Shown here piece after piece: positions 10,908 to 24,255 of a DNA stretch of 42,603 bases; the first letter of the stretch is position 1, and every line of letters starts with the position of its first letter. The notes beneath the pieces are model-generated. The model was not told where the DNA came from and did no database searches. It saw nothing but the letters and a program-made list of their open reading frames with translations. Location of the stretch: the NCBI GenBank assembly GCA_000697335.1, contig JNEM01012767.1, positions 1 to 42,603 of the forward strand, in the 5' to 3' direction. The position numbers and the translations under genes were made by a program. The stretch comes from Conidiobolus incongruus B7586. Its lineage: Eukaryota.

Positions 10908-12286
10908 TGCTACGAATAAATTATTAAAGTTTATGGTGCTTAAAATTGATTACTATGCATTTATATATACCCTTATTTTATCTAAACAACATAAAATTAG
11001 GTTTGTTATAAATTGTCTATAAATTAACAAATTCACGTGGTAAATTAATTTAGTTTGTTTGGAATAATAAAAGTAATTGAATTTGAATTAATAATTGATA
11101 ACTAGTGATTGTTTTTGATAATACTATAAAAGATAGGTTAAATCTAGTTATTAATTGGAGATAGTAAAATGAAAGGATATTGTTTATATACAATGAATAG
11201 CATACTCTTCAATTTTGTTTACTATTGAAATCTAGAATTATATGGTATATCCATTTCGACAATAGTCATAATACTAATATATTTTATATTTATGTTAATT
11301 GTAAATTGTGTTTAATTAACTTATTTACAAAATTCAAGTTTATAGAGTATTTTATTATCTTATAGTACCTAACACTACTCTAAATAATTATGATATATAA
11401 ATTTATATTTGAAATATTCTAATGCATTCACTAAATAGTACCCTCTTTTATATACTAATTCAGTCTAATTATATTTTAAATTTAGTCTTCTGAATTTAAT
11501 AATTGATAAATAAAAAAGTAATTAAAGCTGCGTATTAATCAATTGGAGGATGTACTTCAATTGATGTAATTTAATAAATAAAATAAATGAGTGAGAAAGA
11601 AATAATCAAATTTAATTCCAAATATAACAACATTCAGGTATTTTTCCACTTCAATAATTGGATAATATGAGTATTGCACAAGTGTAATGTTGATTTAATC
11701 CTTAGTCAAAGAAATGGGTGTTGTTCATATCATTTCTTGAAATCAGTAAATAGTGTATGGGAATTTGAATTTGGTGTAATTAAATGACTGGCCAATTTGG
11801 CAAATTGTGTTCTTGGAATGGTGGATAACATTCAAAAATAAAGATTAAAATAAAGTACAGCTTTGTTAGATAAAATGGGTCGTTTTTAATAGGTGTGAGA
11901 AATGTGTTGGTGGAATAAAGTACAAAGAAAAGTTTGGGTTAGGTGTTGGGTATAGTACTTATTCCACAATAGGAGTGAGTTAAATGAATGCTTCTGCAGC
12001 GGTCAATATTAAATGGTGAAATTCCAAACGACTAGTGAATGTTAAGAAAGTCATGATCAGGGTTCAAGTCGATATATCTAATTAATATGAAAAAATGATA
12101 GGAACTGAAATGAAATATGTGATGTAATAAATAAGGTTTGTTTTGATCAAGGGGTTTTATAGACAATGAGATATTATTTTAGGTACATACTAATTAAATA
12201 CATAGGAATGGATTGGGCTGGGCGTTGGATTTTAAATGCGAAAGTTGAATGCTATCTATCAGAAGAGATCAACGTTGTGGTGTTAG

Positions 12287-13048
12287 TTAATTTTGGATTG
12301 AGGAGGATATGTTAGCTTGGTTGGGAAAAGGTAACGTTTCCAGCTCCTCATTATTCAAAGAATCGGACACCCGGTCCACAAAAACGACTTCGTTCTTTTC
12401 AAGGGCAAAACGGACTGATTTGCGCTTGGGGGAAGAGGCGTCTTGAGTTATATTGGATAGTTGCTCCATTGCTGGACTAGAAGGTCGACTGAGAGTAGCC
12501 TGTATGTGTGCTGATCTCCTCAATCTGCGAGAATAATTTTCCATTACAAGAGAGTCTTCGGAGCTGGAGGAGATAGCTGGAGTTGAGGTTTGGGTGTTGG
12601 AGCGGGAGCGTGTGCGGGTGGTAGTGGTTGTGAGTTGAGGTGTAGGCACATCTAAAAGAGGAGTAGTACTCACTGGTGATGCTAGGCGACCTGCGCTTCC
12701 CCGCCTAGATCTACGCATACATAATCCAACATCTTGATTATCTGCAGCTACGTTTGAGGATTCTGAATTTGGAGCATTGGATTTAAGGTGAAATTTATTG
12801 CCAGTCCTTTCAATTTTAGATCCTGGCCTTTGAATCTCGGAAAAAAGTGCAGCTGCAAGTGAAGAGTAGGCGGTTTGACTTCTAATATAAAAAGTTAGTA
12901 TATATTCGAATATAAAGCAAAATAATAATACTTACGAAAATTGTAGAAGACCTGTAGAAAGGATAGCATCCATAATTTCGTGAACAGAAAGAGATTTGGA
13001 AGAAGTGTTGGCAAGTACACTCTCCGCGTAGCCGAGCCACTGAAGCAT
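12287..13048 (-). CDS. HARE-HTH (HB1/ASXL/restriction-endonuclease winged helix) protein with S/R-rich tail and RVxF motif (2 exons, 235 aa)
   Basis: Exon 13048-12936, intron 12935-12882 (GTAAGT...CTAAC...TAG), exon 12881-12287. N-terminus MLQWLGYAESVLANTSSKSLSVHEIMDAILSTGLLQFSSQTAYSSLAAALFSEIQRPGSKIERTGNKFHL fits the HARE-HTH pattern; KRKSVRF is near the C-terminus. The frame is open 44 codons upstream of the ATG, so the start is not certain. Confidence 0.7.
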
Positions 13049-13748
13049 AACTTGAGAAGGGGACTGATGTTGAGGTGGGTTAGGATGACTGGGCAAAGAC
13101 GGCGGCGTCAAAGGTAAAGAAATTATGGTGGAAATCTTGACGATGAACTTGAAGTAAAAAATTGAAAGACTAATTTGAGGTCAAATTTAACCTCTATGAT
13201 AGCTGTATTATTGAATCAATAGAAACAAGAAATAGATGCCCAGTTTTTAGAAAGGTAAACAGGGCAGCGAAGTGAAGAAATGGATTTGGGGATTAAAAGG
13301 AGTGATGTAAACACACAATAAGTTGTTATTTTTATATTGGCTCAAAATACGGAGTTGAGTCGTATAATATTAGAATGCTGATATGAGGAGGTATAATTGC
13401 TTAATTATCACCAAATTTTCTCAATGTTAAATGCTTGATTAAAAATTGATGCAAGTAAATATATACAATTATTTCAATGATATTTGAAGTTTTGATTAGT
13501 GGTGTCAATTCTTCAAGATGCTATACAATAATATTTACAAGGACAGGTATATCAATTAGTGGAACTAAAAATACTATATGTTTGATTAGATTAAGATATA
13601 ATATAGACCCGAGTGGGTGATGAAGGAAATTAGATTAAGTATACAAGGATGCTACAAGGTGATCAGAGGCAAGCTCACTTCAACTTATATTCAGAATTAA
13701 AAATAGTGGTGGGAAATACAAATAAAAGAGTTGAGTTGGATTTGACCA

Positions 13749-14279
13749 TGACTCAACTCAATTTCATTCTCCCTCCTGTTTATATATGATTCAAAATCTC
13801 ATTAGCCAATCAAACATCCTTGTCCTAATTAGGCAATCTTTGTGGAGGTATGGGAGTGAATGATTAGGGGGGCAGACAATTAAATTATGATTGATCCAAC
13901 ACCTGCCTACCACCCACCCTCCTCCCCCTTCCTTTCAAGCCATTCTCTCGCAACGCTCACAAAAACCATATTCCACATGGTGCATTGTTTGAAATGTCTG
14001 GATCAGCACACAATAATTGAAGCAGAGCAAATCTACCAACAGAGAGCCGACTTAGAGTGGTTGTTGTGAGTCAACAGATCTGCCTAGTGTCATCACACCT
14101 GAGTAACTATCACTTAAGATTGGAATGATTCAAAATATAATTTAACTATGCATCCAAATTAAATCTCCTCAACCTACGGTAACAAATGGAAAAGGGCAGT
14201 TTTAGATGTTTTGAATAGGATACCAACTAACCCAATACGTGTTTTGGATTGGTTGAAATGGGATAAATAAATTGAGTCA
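13749..14279. promoter_or_regulatory. Three TGASTCA (AP-1/Gcn4-type bZIP) sites upstream of the HARE-HTH gene
   Basis: TGACTCA 13749-13755, TGAGTCA 14067-14073, TGAGTCA 14273-14279. Confidence 0.35.
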
Positions 14280-17200
14280 ATCATATTCGACATTTTTGAA
14301 CTAAACTTAATAACATTAACTCTCTTCAAATTATCATAACAATTTGGTATTGTGTTTTTAAAAGAAGTTGAGACTATAACTCTTATTAAACTTCCCTCTC
14401 TTTATTCACGGAGATTAAATGACTTTATTTTAGTTGAATTAATGGGCTAATCATATATTAATCCGAAGATTCAGTTAACTAAAAAAATAAAAATTTATTA
14501 CCATTAAACTATTCAAAATCCACTAAAAATTATTGCTTGTCTAAAAATATTCTACATAATCAATTAGGTAGATAAAAGTTTAATTTTATTAGTTCAAATA
14601 TTCAGTTTATATTCAAATTATTTGAATATTTTAATATTTTTATATTTCTAAATTATCTCTTATTATTTTATTAATAGATATACAATTATAAGAATAATAA
14701 AATTATTATTGGAAGTTATAATGAAAATTCAATAATCTAGAAAAATATTTAGTACAGGTAATTTTCCATATTTTAGATTTTAGATTTTAACGAATAATTC
14801 GCTAATATATTCACAAAAACACAATATAAAAACATTCTAATTATCTTTTAACAAATATTAAGTACCAAAATCAAAACACTTTCGATGATATATGGTTTTA
14901 CAAATCTTCAAACTAATTAGCATAGTAATTAAATAGACTAATATTAACTATCATCTTGTTAAACGTATCTATTTGATTGTTAATAATCAGATGGATATAA
15001 AATATCTCGAGTATCAAGTACAGTTAATGAAAACATCAAAAATTGATTTATATTTGATATTACTAAATTAGGTGATTATCAAATAACTAGATTATTTGAA
15101 ATTAATCAAACATTTTAAACTAATTTTTATTTGATAACAATAGTTAACTGTAAAATCAATGAGTATTGATGATGTTTAATATCATAAATTGACATATTTT
15201 TACTATCTTTTATAAACTTAATCTATCTTATATGTCAACATTAATATTAATATTTATATATTCTTAGTTTAAATCATTGGTTTTCTAATACTAAATCAAA
15301 ATTATTAATACAAATTATTGCCATAATTGACATAAGCTTGATCCTGATAATATAAAGGCATTATAATCTTTCATAAATTTATCAACAATTCCATACCGAG
15401 TTTATTGTTTGAAATTGAATTACTAACTCTTCCTGAAACAATTTTTACACTTCTAAAACTTTGTTTCAACCCCAAATTAATGTGTTAAAATTTGAATCAA
15501 ATAAGAAAATGGCTAAGGTTATGGTTCCATATATCGCTATATTCTATTCTATCTCCTTGTTCATCTTTTTAACCTATGATATTCTTTATATTTAACTATA
15601 TAAGCATACCTTATTTTATAATTTGAATTATTTTATAAATTATATTTAATATTAATAAATTTGATATGTAAACATGAGTTTATTTTTTACAAATAATTTC
15701 TATTTAATTTTCCAATATGTTTATATATAACTTAATAAGGGTATTATACAAATATATATGTATATGATCTTTAAAAATTAGTTGAAAAATATAAATAGTA
15801 ATATTATAATTGTATAAATTAAAATAGGGTATAGATCCATTTTATTAATAAAATAATTAATATAACTGTTCATTATTTTAGTTTAACATTCACCAAATGA
15901 TTCTATAATTAAATTATGTCTTTAACTATATTTTTGGTATTTTATAATTTTTAATTCTTTTTCTATGCTTGAACCACAAACAAATATTTAAATATATTTT
16001 GGTAAGCAGTTAACCGTGAAATAACACTTATTTCTTTCTAAGCGTCTAAGCTATAAGCCAACATTTTAACCTAAATCATCTTTGCTTGAGGATATCATCA
16101 TCCTCAAATTATTCATTACATCCATACGATATCCATGAATAATAGTAGCTCATAGCCCTATTAAGTAATACGATTATTCTTATACATTCAATTAAACGTT
16201 TATATTATGTTTATTTTATGAGCATTATATAGCGGATACTGTTGCTGAGCTTTAATCGAGATTATATTTTAAAAAAAGCAAACCAATATCATGCATATTA
16301 TTGATCCAAAAATTTTAATGCTAAAAAATGGAATCAGTTTACTAATTATAGCAAACTATGAAAATATATAATATTTCGTTGAAATACCGTATACCTAATT
16401 GAGTTGCTTTTGACGTATGGTGCTTTTAGTTAATATCATTGGTATTGGTAGATTATAAATTTAACAAACCTCATAATAAATTTCCAAAAAATCGTTACAT
16501 GTGATATGGCAATATGAATTAATACTAATTATATAATGTGAATTTTTGTTTTTTGTTTTAGCTGATAATATCATAGATGTGTAATTACAAGTTAATTACT
16601 AAATTGATTTCCATTTACACAAATAATAGATCATATTATATTAGCTAGTAGTGTTAAACTGAAGAGAATGTTATACTTGGCATATATCAATATTAATATA
16701 CATTTCAAAGTATTTTATATTTGATTTAGCATAATTTTATTAATAATATGCCAATTATAAATATATACTTTTTCAAAAACCTAAATTGAATGATGTTAAA
16801 ATAAAAATTTATTAGTATGAAAATTTATTATGTGAAAATTACCTTGTAATTACATATCTTTGAATTCAACTAGATAGCTGCGATTTTTCAATATATATAA
16901 TTTGACTAATTTTTATGAATGAGGTATATTTTACAATTAATATTTGATATTGACTAATAATGTAGCATCTAATCTATGACTATATTATATTTCATATATT
17001 TTCATATCAATCAGTTAAAATCTATATATAATTTAATTAACATGTATAAATAATATCAATTGAATGAATAACTAAATTAAAATATTGAAAAGAATTTTTA
17101 TGATATCTTTCGGAGAAGCTCATACTTTCACATAGCATAATTCCTTTTTTCAGAGGTTTTTTGTTCCACTCCTTAATTGAGACAAAAGTAGTATTCCAAG

Positions 17201-19733
17201 GCTCATTATTAATATGTTTTAAACCTATAAATGAATATTTACCTTGCTTTCAAAAAAATTTACAAGCACCAATACTATTGTAACTTATAAGTGATGGAGA
17301 CTCCCGCTTTGGGAAATGCTAATACTAATATATTCTACTATAAAATCAATGATATAGCTAATATCTGAATATTCAAACTAAATTTCATTTGATTAACTAT
17401 ATTAATTTATGTATTTTATTAAAATATTTTTATTGTAGATTTTCTATGATAAATTTTAATCCAATTTTAAAATTATTCTGAATTTCCAAATGAAGAAAAA
17501 TATAATAATAAATTTAATAAAATATCAGAAAAACTATTGATTAGTTTGGTTAATTCACATCAATTAATTCTTTATAATTTTATATTAAAAAAGAAATAAT
17601 ATTTATAAATTTATATTATAAAGATTCAAGTTAATTTTTTATTATAATATTTTTAAAAATGGTAGGATTTATTATTTTTTATCATAGATAATAACTCAAT
17701 TTTAAATATATTTGTTTTTGAAATAATATGTTATGATAATAAATCAGTACTTTTTGATTTTTCATATAAATAATAACACTGATTATGTTGCTTTTTCATC
17801 TCTATGAATTCATTTTTATTTATTTTGTTCAAAATAAAATTTGACAAATATTACTATAATTTATTATTTTAATTAAAATAGAAATTTCACAAGAATCTTA
17901 CACATTTCATTTTCATACTTGGATTGTTTTCATATTACTGATTATATATGATTATATAAATACATTATAAGTGTCTTAAAATATAAAAATATATTATATT
18001 TTTCTTTCTAAATCCATTTTTAAGTGAAACTAAATACAGTATTAAATATATCAGCAGAGTCAGTTAGTTTAATGAAATTAATTTATTTTTTAATATTAAT
18101 ATTATGAATAGATATTATATTCAAAAGTGAAAATATAAAAATTATATTTATTAAATTAATAATAATTTATTATTCCAATATAAAATTAATCTTACTTGAT
18201 TCTGAAATATTTTAAAAATATATTCAACCTAAAAGATGAATATTTTATGTTCAAATTTTACTATATCCCAACTCTAGTATTATAATCAAATATATGATAA
18301 ATAGATGAGGCATGATTTCAATTCGGAAAACCGTATTAAATCATTGTTTTTTTAATTGTATCAGGTAATAAATTCCTTACTTGATTCAACATAAATTTAA
18401 ATTTTAATTTAATATCATATCGAAAATAATTATAATTCTGTGAATAATAAAAATAATAAGACTGATATATTAATAATATATAGGATTGTGAATATGGGTA
18501 GAATAAAGATCTAAGATCCAATTAATTGATTATTAGAAATTAAATGTTTTTGTTATTAATATTCAAATGTTAAGGGTTGGAATTTAATTATATTAGTATA
18601 GCATATCCTACTAAGCACATTTGATTTAATCAAATTGTATTAGTTATTATGGTTAATAATTAATAATTCATAAATTAGTTTCTGAAAATGAAATTCGTTA
18701 TATACAACTTTTTAATTTATTAATTTTAATAATTATAATTACCAATAAAATTATGATGATAAAAATATTATATCACAATAATTTAATATATACTTATATA
18801 ATCGATAGTTTGAATAGTCGGAGATATATAATCACCCATTTAGTATACAGTACCCTACTATTTTTTCATGTCCATAAATTCAAAGGACTTATTTATTTAA
18901 AGCTTGATATGTGACATAATTATGTGCAAATAATTATAACAGTAGTTTAAGGATGATTAAACTATAATTCATATAAACACTAATTGAAAATATATGAAAA
19001 GGTTAACAACTGTAATTAAAGTTTTGAATTCGGTAATATTTCAAAATCACTACAATAAAAAATTATGATTTGGCTAAATAATCATTTCAGATATATAAAA
19101 TTATTGTATTTTATAAATTTGCTAAAAATAAAAAATTAGGTAAATTTAGAGGTTAAGGCTATATTCTGAAGCGGATAGAATAATTGATTTATCAGGTTAT
19201 AAAAAGTACAATATCATGCTGTTCGTGCTTAATCAAAAAAATAATAATACATTAATAAATGTAAATATAAAACTTTCAAATTAAAAATGATGCATTGAAT
19301 ATATATTTTATATTATTTTAGAATAATAATATTGATTTATTTTGTAAATACAAATATGAATAAAAGTTAAATCATTTAAATTATATTAATAAAAGATTTC
19401 AAACGAGTTGATTTTGAAATAAATCGTGAATAAGGGTTGGTTTCTATTAAAATGAGTTATATATTTCTAAAAAATAATGAAAATTCAAAATACTTCCTTA
19501 TTTATTAACCAATAGACAGATAAAATATGCATAGTTATGAATTATAAGCTGAATAAATAATATGAAACAAAATAAGATAAAAGATTTTAAAGGGGAATTG
19601 GTATTGAATATATTTCATTGTTAAAAATCTAAAAAAGAGATAATTTGGTTTAAGAATTATAGTTTTAATGAACACAGGTAATAAATGAATCTTCTGAAAG
19701 CCATTAGACTGAATAAAATCCCTCCTGATTTGT

Positions 19734-20609
19734 TTAAGCAGCAGCACGACGAACAGCCCTCCTGGAAGTGGTAGCTTGGAAACCAGCCTTAATAGTGGTG
19801 ACGGAACGGGTAGATCCGCAAGATTCACATTGCATGAAGATAAGACGGTTGTCCTTGTTGAGTTTGGTGTTGGGAGATTTACATGTTTTACATAAAACGT
19901 ATTCAGCAATATAACGACGTAAGATATTTTGAATTTGTTTCTGTTGGAATCTTCCCTTAATAACGAGACGGTTGCTACCATCGATAGAACCAGTAGTACC
20001 CAATTCAGTGTATAAGAATTGAATAACGTGGTCAGAGGGTCTCTTAAGTCTTTGGCAAATATCTTGCAAGTTGACAAAAATGGTCTTTTTAGGACCGTCT
20101 CTAGCCATTTCAGGGGGAGGAATAGTGAAACGGCGCTTTTCACCACTTAATTGAGGGTTCTTAGAATGAAGAATGCGGAAAATTCTGTTAAGTAATTCGT
20201 TGTAAGTGTAATCTCTATCGGAGTCTAACCAACCTTCCTTATCGTCAAGAGTCAAGGTACTTTCACCTTCTTGGTTGAAGACATCTTCACCATCATCTAA
20301 ATCCTCATCAAAATCATCTTGATCTTGATCTTGATCCTGATCCTGATCCTTATCTTCAGTTTCTTCTTCGGTCTTTTCTTCTTCAGTCTTCTTGGACTTC
20401 TTCTTCTTTTTCTTCTTCAAGTCAGCGAACATAGCTTCGGGATCTTCTTGAGGGATAGCATCACCATTAGCGGAGGCTTCTTGAGCGGTTTCATCAAAGT
20501 TAACAGTCTTCTTTTTCTTCTTTTTCATTTTGGGATCAAATCCAAGTTCTCCAGCATTTTCATTTAAAGAAAGTTGTTCAGTTTTATTAACTAATTCGTT
20601 ATCACTCAT
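19734..20609 (-). CDS. SUI3: Translation initiation factor eIF2 beta subunit
   Basis: Poly-lysine boxes, [35 protein letters not shown]2-C2 zinc finger CKTC...CESC; intronless. Confidence 0.97.
   Translation of the reverse strand: MSDNELVNKTEQLSLNENAGELGFDPKMKKKKKKTVNFDETAQEASANGDAIPQEDPEAMFADLKKKKKKKSKKTEEEKTEEETEDKDQDQDQDQDQDDFDEDLDDGEDVFNQEGESTLTLDDKEGWLDSDRDYTYNELLNRIFRILHSKNPQLSGEKRRFTIPPPEMARDGPKKTIFVNLQDICQRLKRPSDHVIQFLYTELGTTGSIDGSNRLVIKGRFQQKQIQNILRRYIAEYVLCKTCKSPNTKLNKDNRLIFMQCESCGSTRSVTTIKAGFQATTSRRAVRRAAA
20316..20351. repeat. Coding hexamer microsatellite (ATCYTG)n encoding a (DQ)n tract in eIF2-beta
   Basis: (ATCTTG)3(ATCCTG)2ATCCTT. Confidence 0.85.
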
Positions 20610-21545
20610 TTTTGATATTATAAGATACTTCTTTATATAACAAAATAATTTTAATTAAATTGAATCGATTTTGTTATTATAAAATTATTAATAATGAATT
20701 TTTATTAATAAATTTTAAAATTACCATCATCAAAAATGTCATTTATTAATTGGATTGATATTTTTAATTTATGGGATTAAATTTTTGATGATTTTATATA
20801 AAATCATTCAATAAATAAATAATGACATTTTAATCAAAGCTTGAATAATAAAATATGTTATAGATCATATAAAAATTGATTTTATATCAATATAAATCAT
20901 AATAATGATAATAATAATTAAAATGTATATATCTTAATTAAAAACAAATATTGTATATAGAAGAGGATATGATAAATAAAAATTTATAAAATGTAGAGAT
21001 GGCATCAGATCTAAATAGATACCAATTCTCTAATATTTTGGCATATCATCAATCTACTAATTCAAGTGGATTGGGTAAAAAACTAGATACCTCTTCAACT
21101 CTAACCTAATTAAAATGTGGGCAAACATAATTGAAATATAATAATAGTAATATTATAAATAATTATATTTATAAGAAATTCCATTATTCAAATCACTTAA
21201 TATACGATATTATATAAAATTATTTTTTGTATTTTGATTCAAACTTAGATTATGTATTGATATTAAGTAGATTTTAAATTAGCAAATAATTGTATTTCAT
21301 TTACACATTCAAATTTAAAAACATTTTAATATATAGATAAAAAACAATCATACTAACAAATTAAAAATAAAATTATAATTGTTTTCTGAAATAAGTATTG
21401 AGTTAAGAATATAAAAATAATGATATATTATATACCATTGGAAAGAATTTTAAATTTATGTATATTTTTTAATCATCAATTATTTGTATTCAAATTTGCT
21501 TAAACTAAGCTAATAATTAAATCTTTGTTTTGAGCTTGGAAAATT

Positions 21546-23581
21546 TTAAGATTGAAGATTCAACATAAGTAATTCAGATTTAAGAACCTAAAAAATTATT
21601 AGTAAAAGTTTTCTATGATATTATTTAAAATATTACCTTGGCAGCTTGTTCGAATTCCAACTTGGCTACAGCAGACTTGATCCAGTCGATAGCAATCTTC
21701 TTAGGCCAGCCTTTGAGTTGGTTGGCTTCACGGGTAGCTGATTCTAAGTCGTTACGGTCCAAATAGGTTTGAGTACGGGCAAGGATGGCTTCAACGTCAT
21801 CACCTTGGACTAAACCTTCCTTCTTAAACATAAAAAGAGAGAGGATGTAAGACAAAGTATGTCCAAAGAGGCCAGAATCTTCTTCGACTAAGGATACGCG
21901 ACTGACTTCTTCACGGACAGCTTTGAAGCGTTCTTTGAGGTCATTTAATGTATCCAATCCTTTGCGGGAGATTGAGGCGTCCAAACTAGATACAACGGCT
22001 TTGGCAACAGGGAAGTTGGGAGCAAGGGATTGGATTAATTTGAATTCAGGAACGAAAGGAGCGCGAACAGAGTCTTCGATACGATCAGCGAAGGCTTCGA
22101 CAGCAATAGTCCATTGCTTAAGCTGTCGACTGGTTTCAAGGGAAGAAGTGTTGTCAATGGTAGCTTGTTCAAGTAACTTCAATTGCTTGAGAGCATCGTC
22201 AAGCTTAGAGAGTCTACCGTTGCGCTCACGGTCAACAAGAAGCTTGGATTCTCTGCGCCACCATCTTTCGAGGACAGAGGCTTGATGAGACAATTGATCT
22301 TCCAAATGGTCTAAGAATTCCTTTTCAATTCTAGCCTTTTCTTGACTAAATTGTGTGCGCAATTCTTCAATTAATTGATTACGGGCGACTTCGTTTTGTT
22401 GACGTTCCAAGAATAAGGAATCTTGTAACTTAGCTTCAGATTCCTTCTTGAGATTTTCCAAAGAGGCTTGGCTATGGACTTTGAGGTCAGTCAAGTGGCT
22501 ATCCAAGATACTGAGACGGGTAGCAAGTTTTTGGTATTGGTCAATGGCTTCTTGACGAGCACCACCGTTAGCGTTGATAGAATCCAAGAAGCTTTCAATA
22601 GAGCGATAAACGCTTTCTACAGATTCGTTATCTGACTTGAGTTGACTTAATTTGTGAGGAATTTTAAAAACGGGAAGAGTAGAGGGATCATTCTTTTTGG
22701 GAGTGTCCTTAGAAACGGGTTTTTTGGGGGCAGGATTGACTAAAATGTAGTTGCCACTCTTTTCTTGCAAAATGTTAGGAATGTCATAAGTAACTTCCTT
22801 GGTAACCTCTTCAATCTTCTTTTGGGCTTTATCAGCAACTTTAGTAGTAGCAGATTCAACTTGAGCTAAAGCTTCAGCGACTTTTTCAGAGACGGTTTCA
22901 GTAACTTTTTCAGCCTTCTTGCTGATTTCTTGTTGAAGTTGAGCAACATCCTTTTCAATTTGATCTAAGTTCTTTTGGCTAACAGGAGGATTGGGGATGG
23001 AAGTAGTCAAATTAGTAGGCTCAGGAGCTGGAACGGGAACTGATTTTTTCAATGGTTGCTCAGCTGAAGCTACAGGAGCAGCGGTTGAAGTTTCTTGAAG
23101 GATATTTTCAGGAGGAACTTCCTTAGGTTGAGTAGGTAAACCAAAGAAAGCTTTAATATTGTTGGTAGCATTATCTAATTGATCTTTGACAAGTTTGTTC
23201 ATTCTTTCAGGGTTGGGATCTTTGGTTTGGCGTTCTAACTCTTCAACAAAGTCCAAAGTATCTTGACCTCCAGGAGCGTATTTTAAGTAAGTTTTTCTGA
23301 ATTCATCATCATGTGCAGCATGGTATACAATTCCACTATAAACAAAAGAGGTAAGGACAGTGAAGCCAAGGACCTTTCCAAAGTATCCTTTTTTGGGCTG
23401 AGTAGCTTTGGCGTTAGTTGTTGATTCCAAGCGCTAAATTAAAAAAAATAAAAGGATCAGTTTCAAAGTTAAATTTCAATGTTGAAAATTGATTGTATGA
23501 TACCTTAAAAACTAATTGGTTAGTTTTTCTGTTGGCACTACGCAAACTATTTAAAGAAGATGGCTTGATTGAACGAAACAT
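21546..23581 (-). CDS. MIC60: MICOS subunit Mic60 (mitofilin) (3 exons)
   Basis: Exons 23581-23504 (MFRSIKPSSLNSLRSANRK.., a mitochondrial presequence), 23433-21637, 21587-21546. Single TM segment, coiled coil, ERNGRLSKL, and mitofilin domain GLVQGDDVEAILAR...DLESATREANQLKGW. Confidence 0.93.
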
Positions 23582-24255
23582 GGAGTACAATAGTCTAAAT
23601 CAATTAAATTTTAAGTTTAATATTAGAATTTACTAGAAAATAATTTTAATGTAAAATAAATTGTATCAAATATTTGATATAGAACACAATTTATTGTGAT
23701 TATTATTAGATATGCTTACACTTTAATGAATTGATGAGTGCACTTGATCTAATTGATTTTGATATCATATTAAATATATAAAGTATTTCACATGAAATGA
23801 AAAATTTGGGATTAAATTTGATATCAATTAAATTTAGATTGATTGAATATTAATAGAAAATGGATTAAAAACGTTTGAGTATATTTGTTGTTTATTTAAA
23901 AGTTATATATAACTATTTTATTACAATATTTAAGGTTTTATAATAAATCTTCCCCTTATTTATTCATTTGATCATTTTGAACTTTTTAAATCAATGACAT
24001 AATTGCAAATTTTAAAGAAGTATAATCAATATAAATGATTTATTAATTGTATTTTAAATCATTAATTATATAAAAATATTAAATAGTGTAACCAAATCAT
24101 TACGAAGAAAACTAAAAATTTATCATAAAATATACCTTAATCGTGTGATTATTTGATACAGAAATAAAGGGGAAAATGTCAAGATTTTAACTTTAAGCAA
24201 TTTTTATTTTATAACAATTGATAAAAGAATACATAAATCCATATTACAAATAAAA

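Noticed and set aside
15335..15360. AGCTTGATCCTGATAAT resembling part of a TPP riboswitch
   Set aside because: No GCTGAGA element, no P1-P3 stems and no thiamine-related gene nearby.
15519..17340. Short coding-like fragments (MAKVMVPYIAIF.. at 15519; KQGKYSFIGLKH.. on the minus strand at ~17100-17250)
   Set aside because: Interrupted by stops, unassignable; possible gene relics but unsupported.
19535..22285. ORFs 19535-20146, 20319-20567 and 21923-22285
   Set aside because: Alternative-frame or antisense to SUI3 and MIC60.
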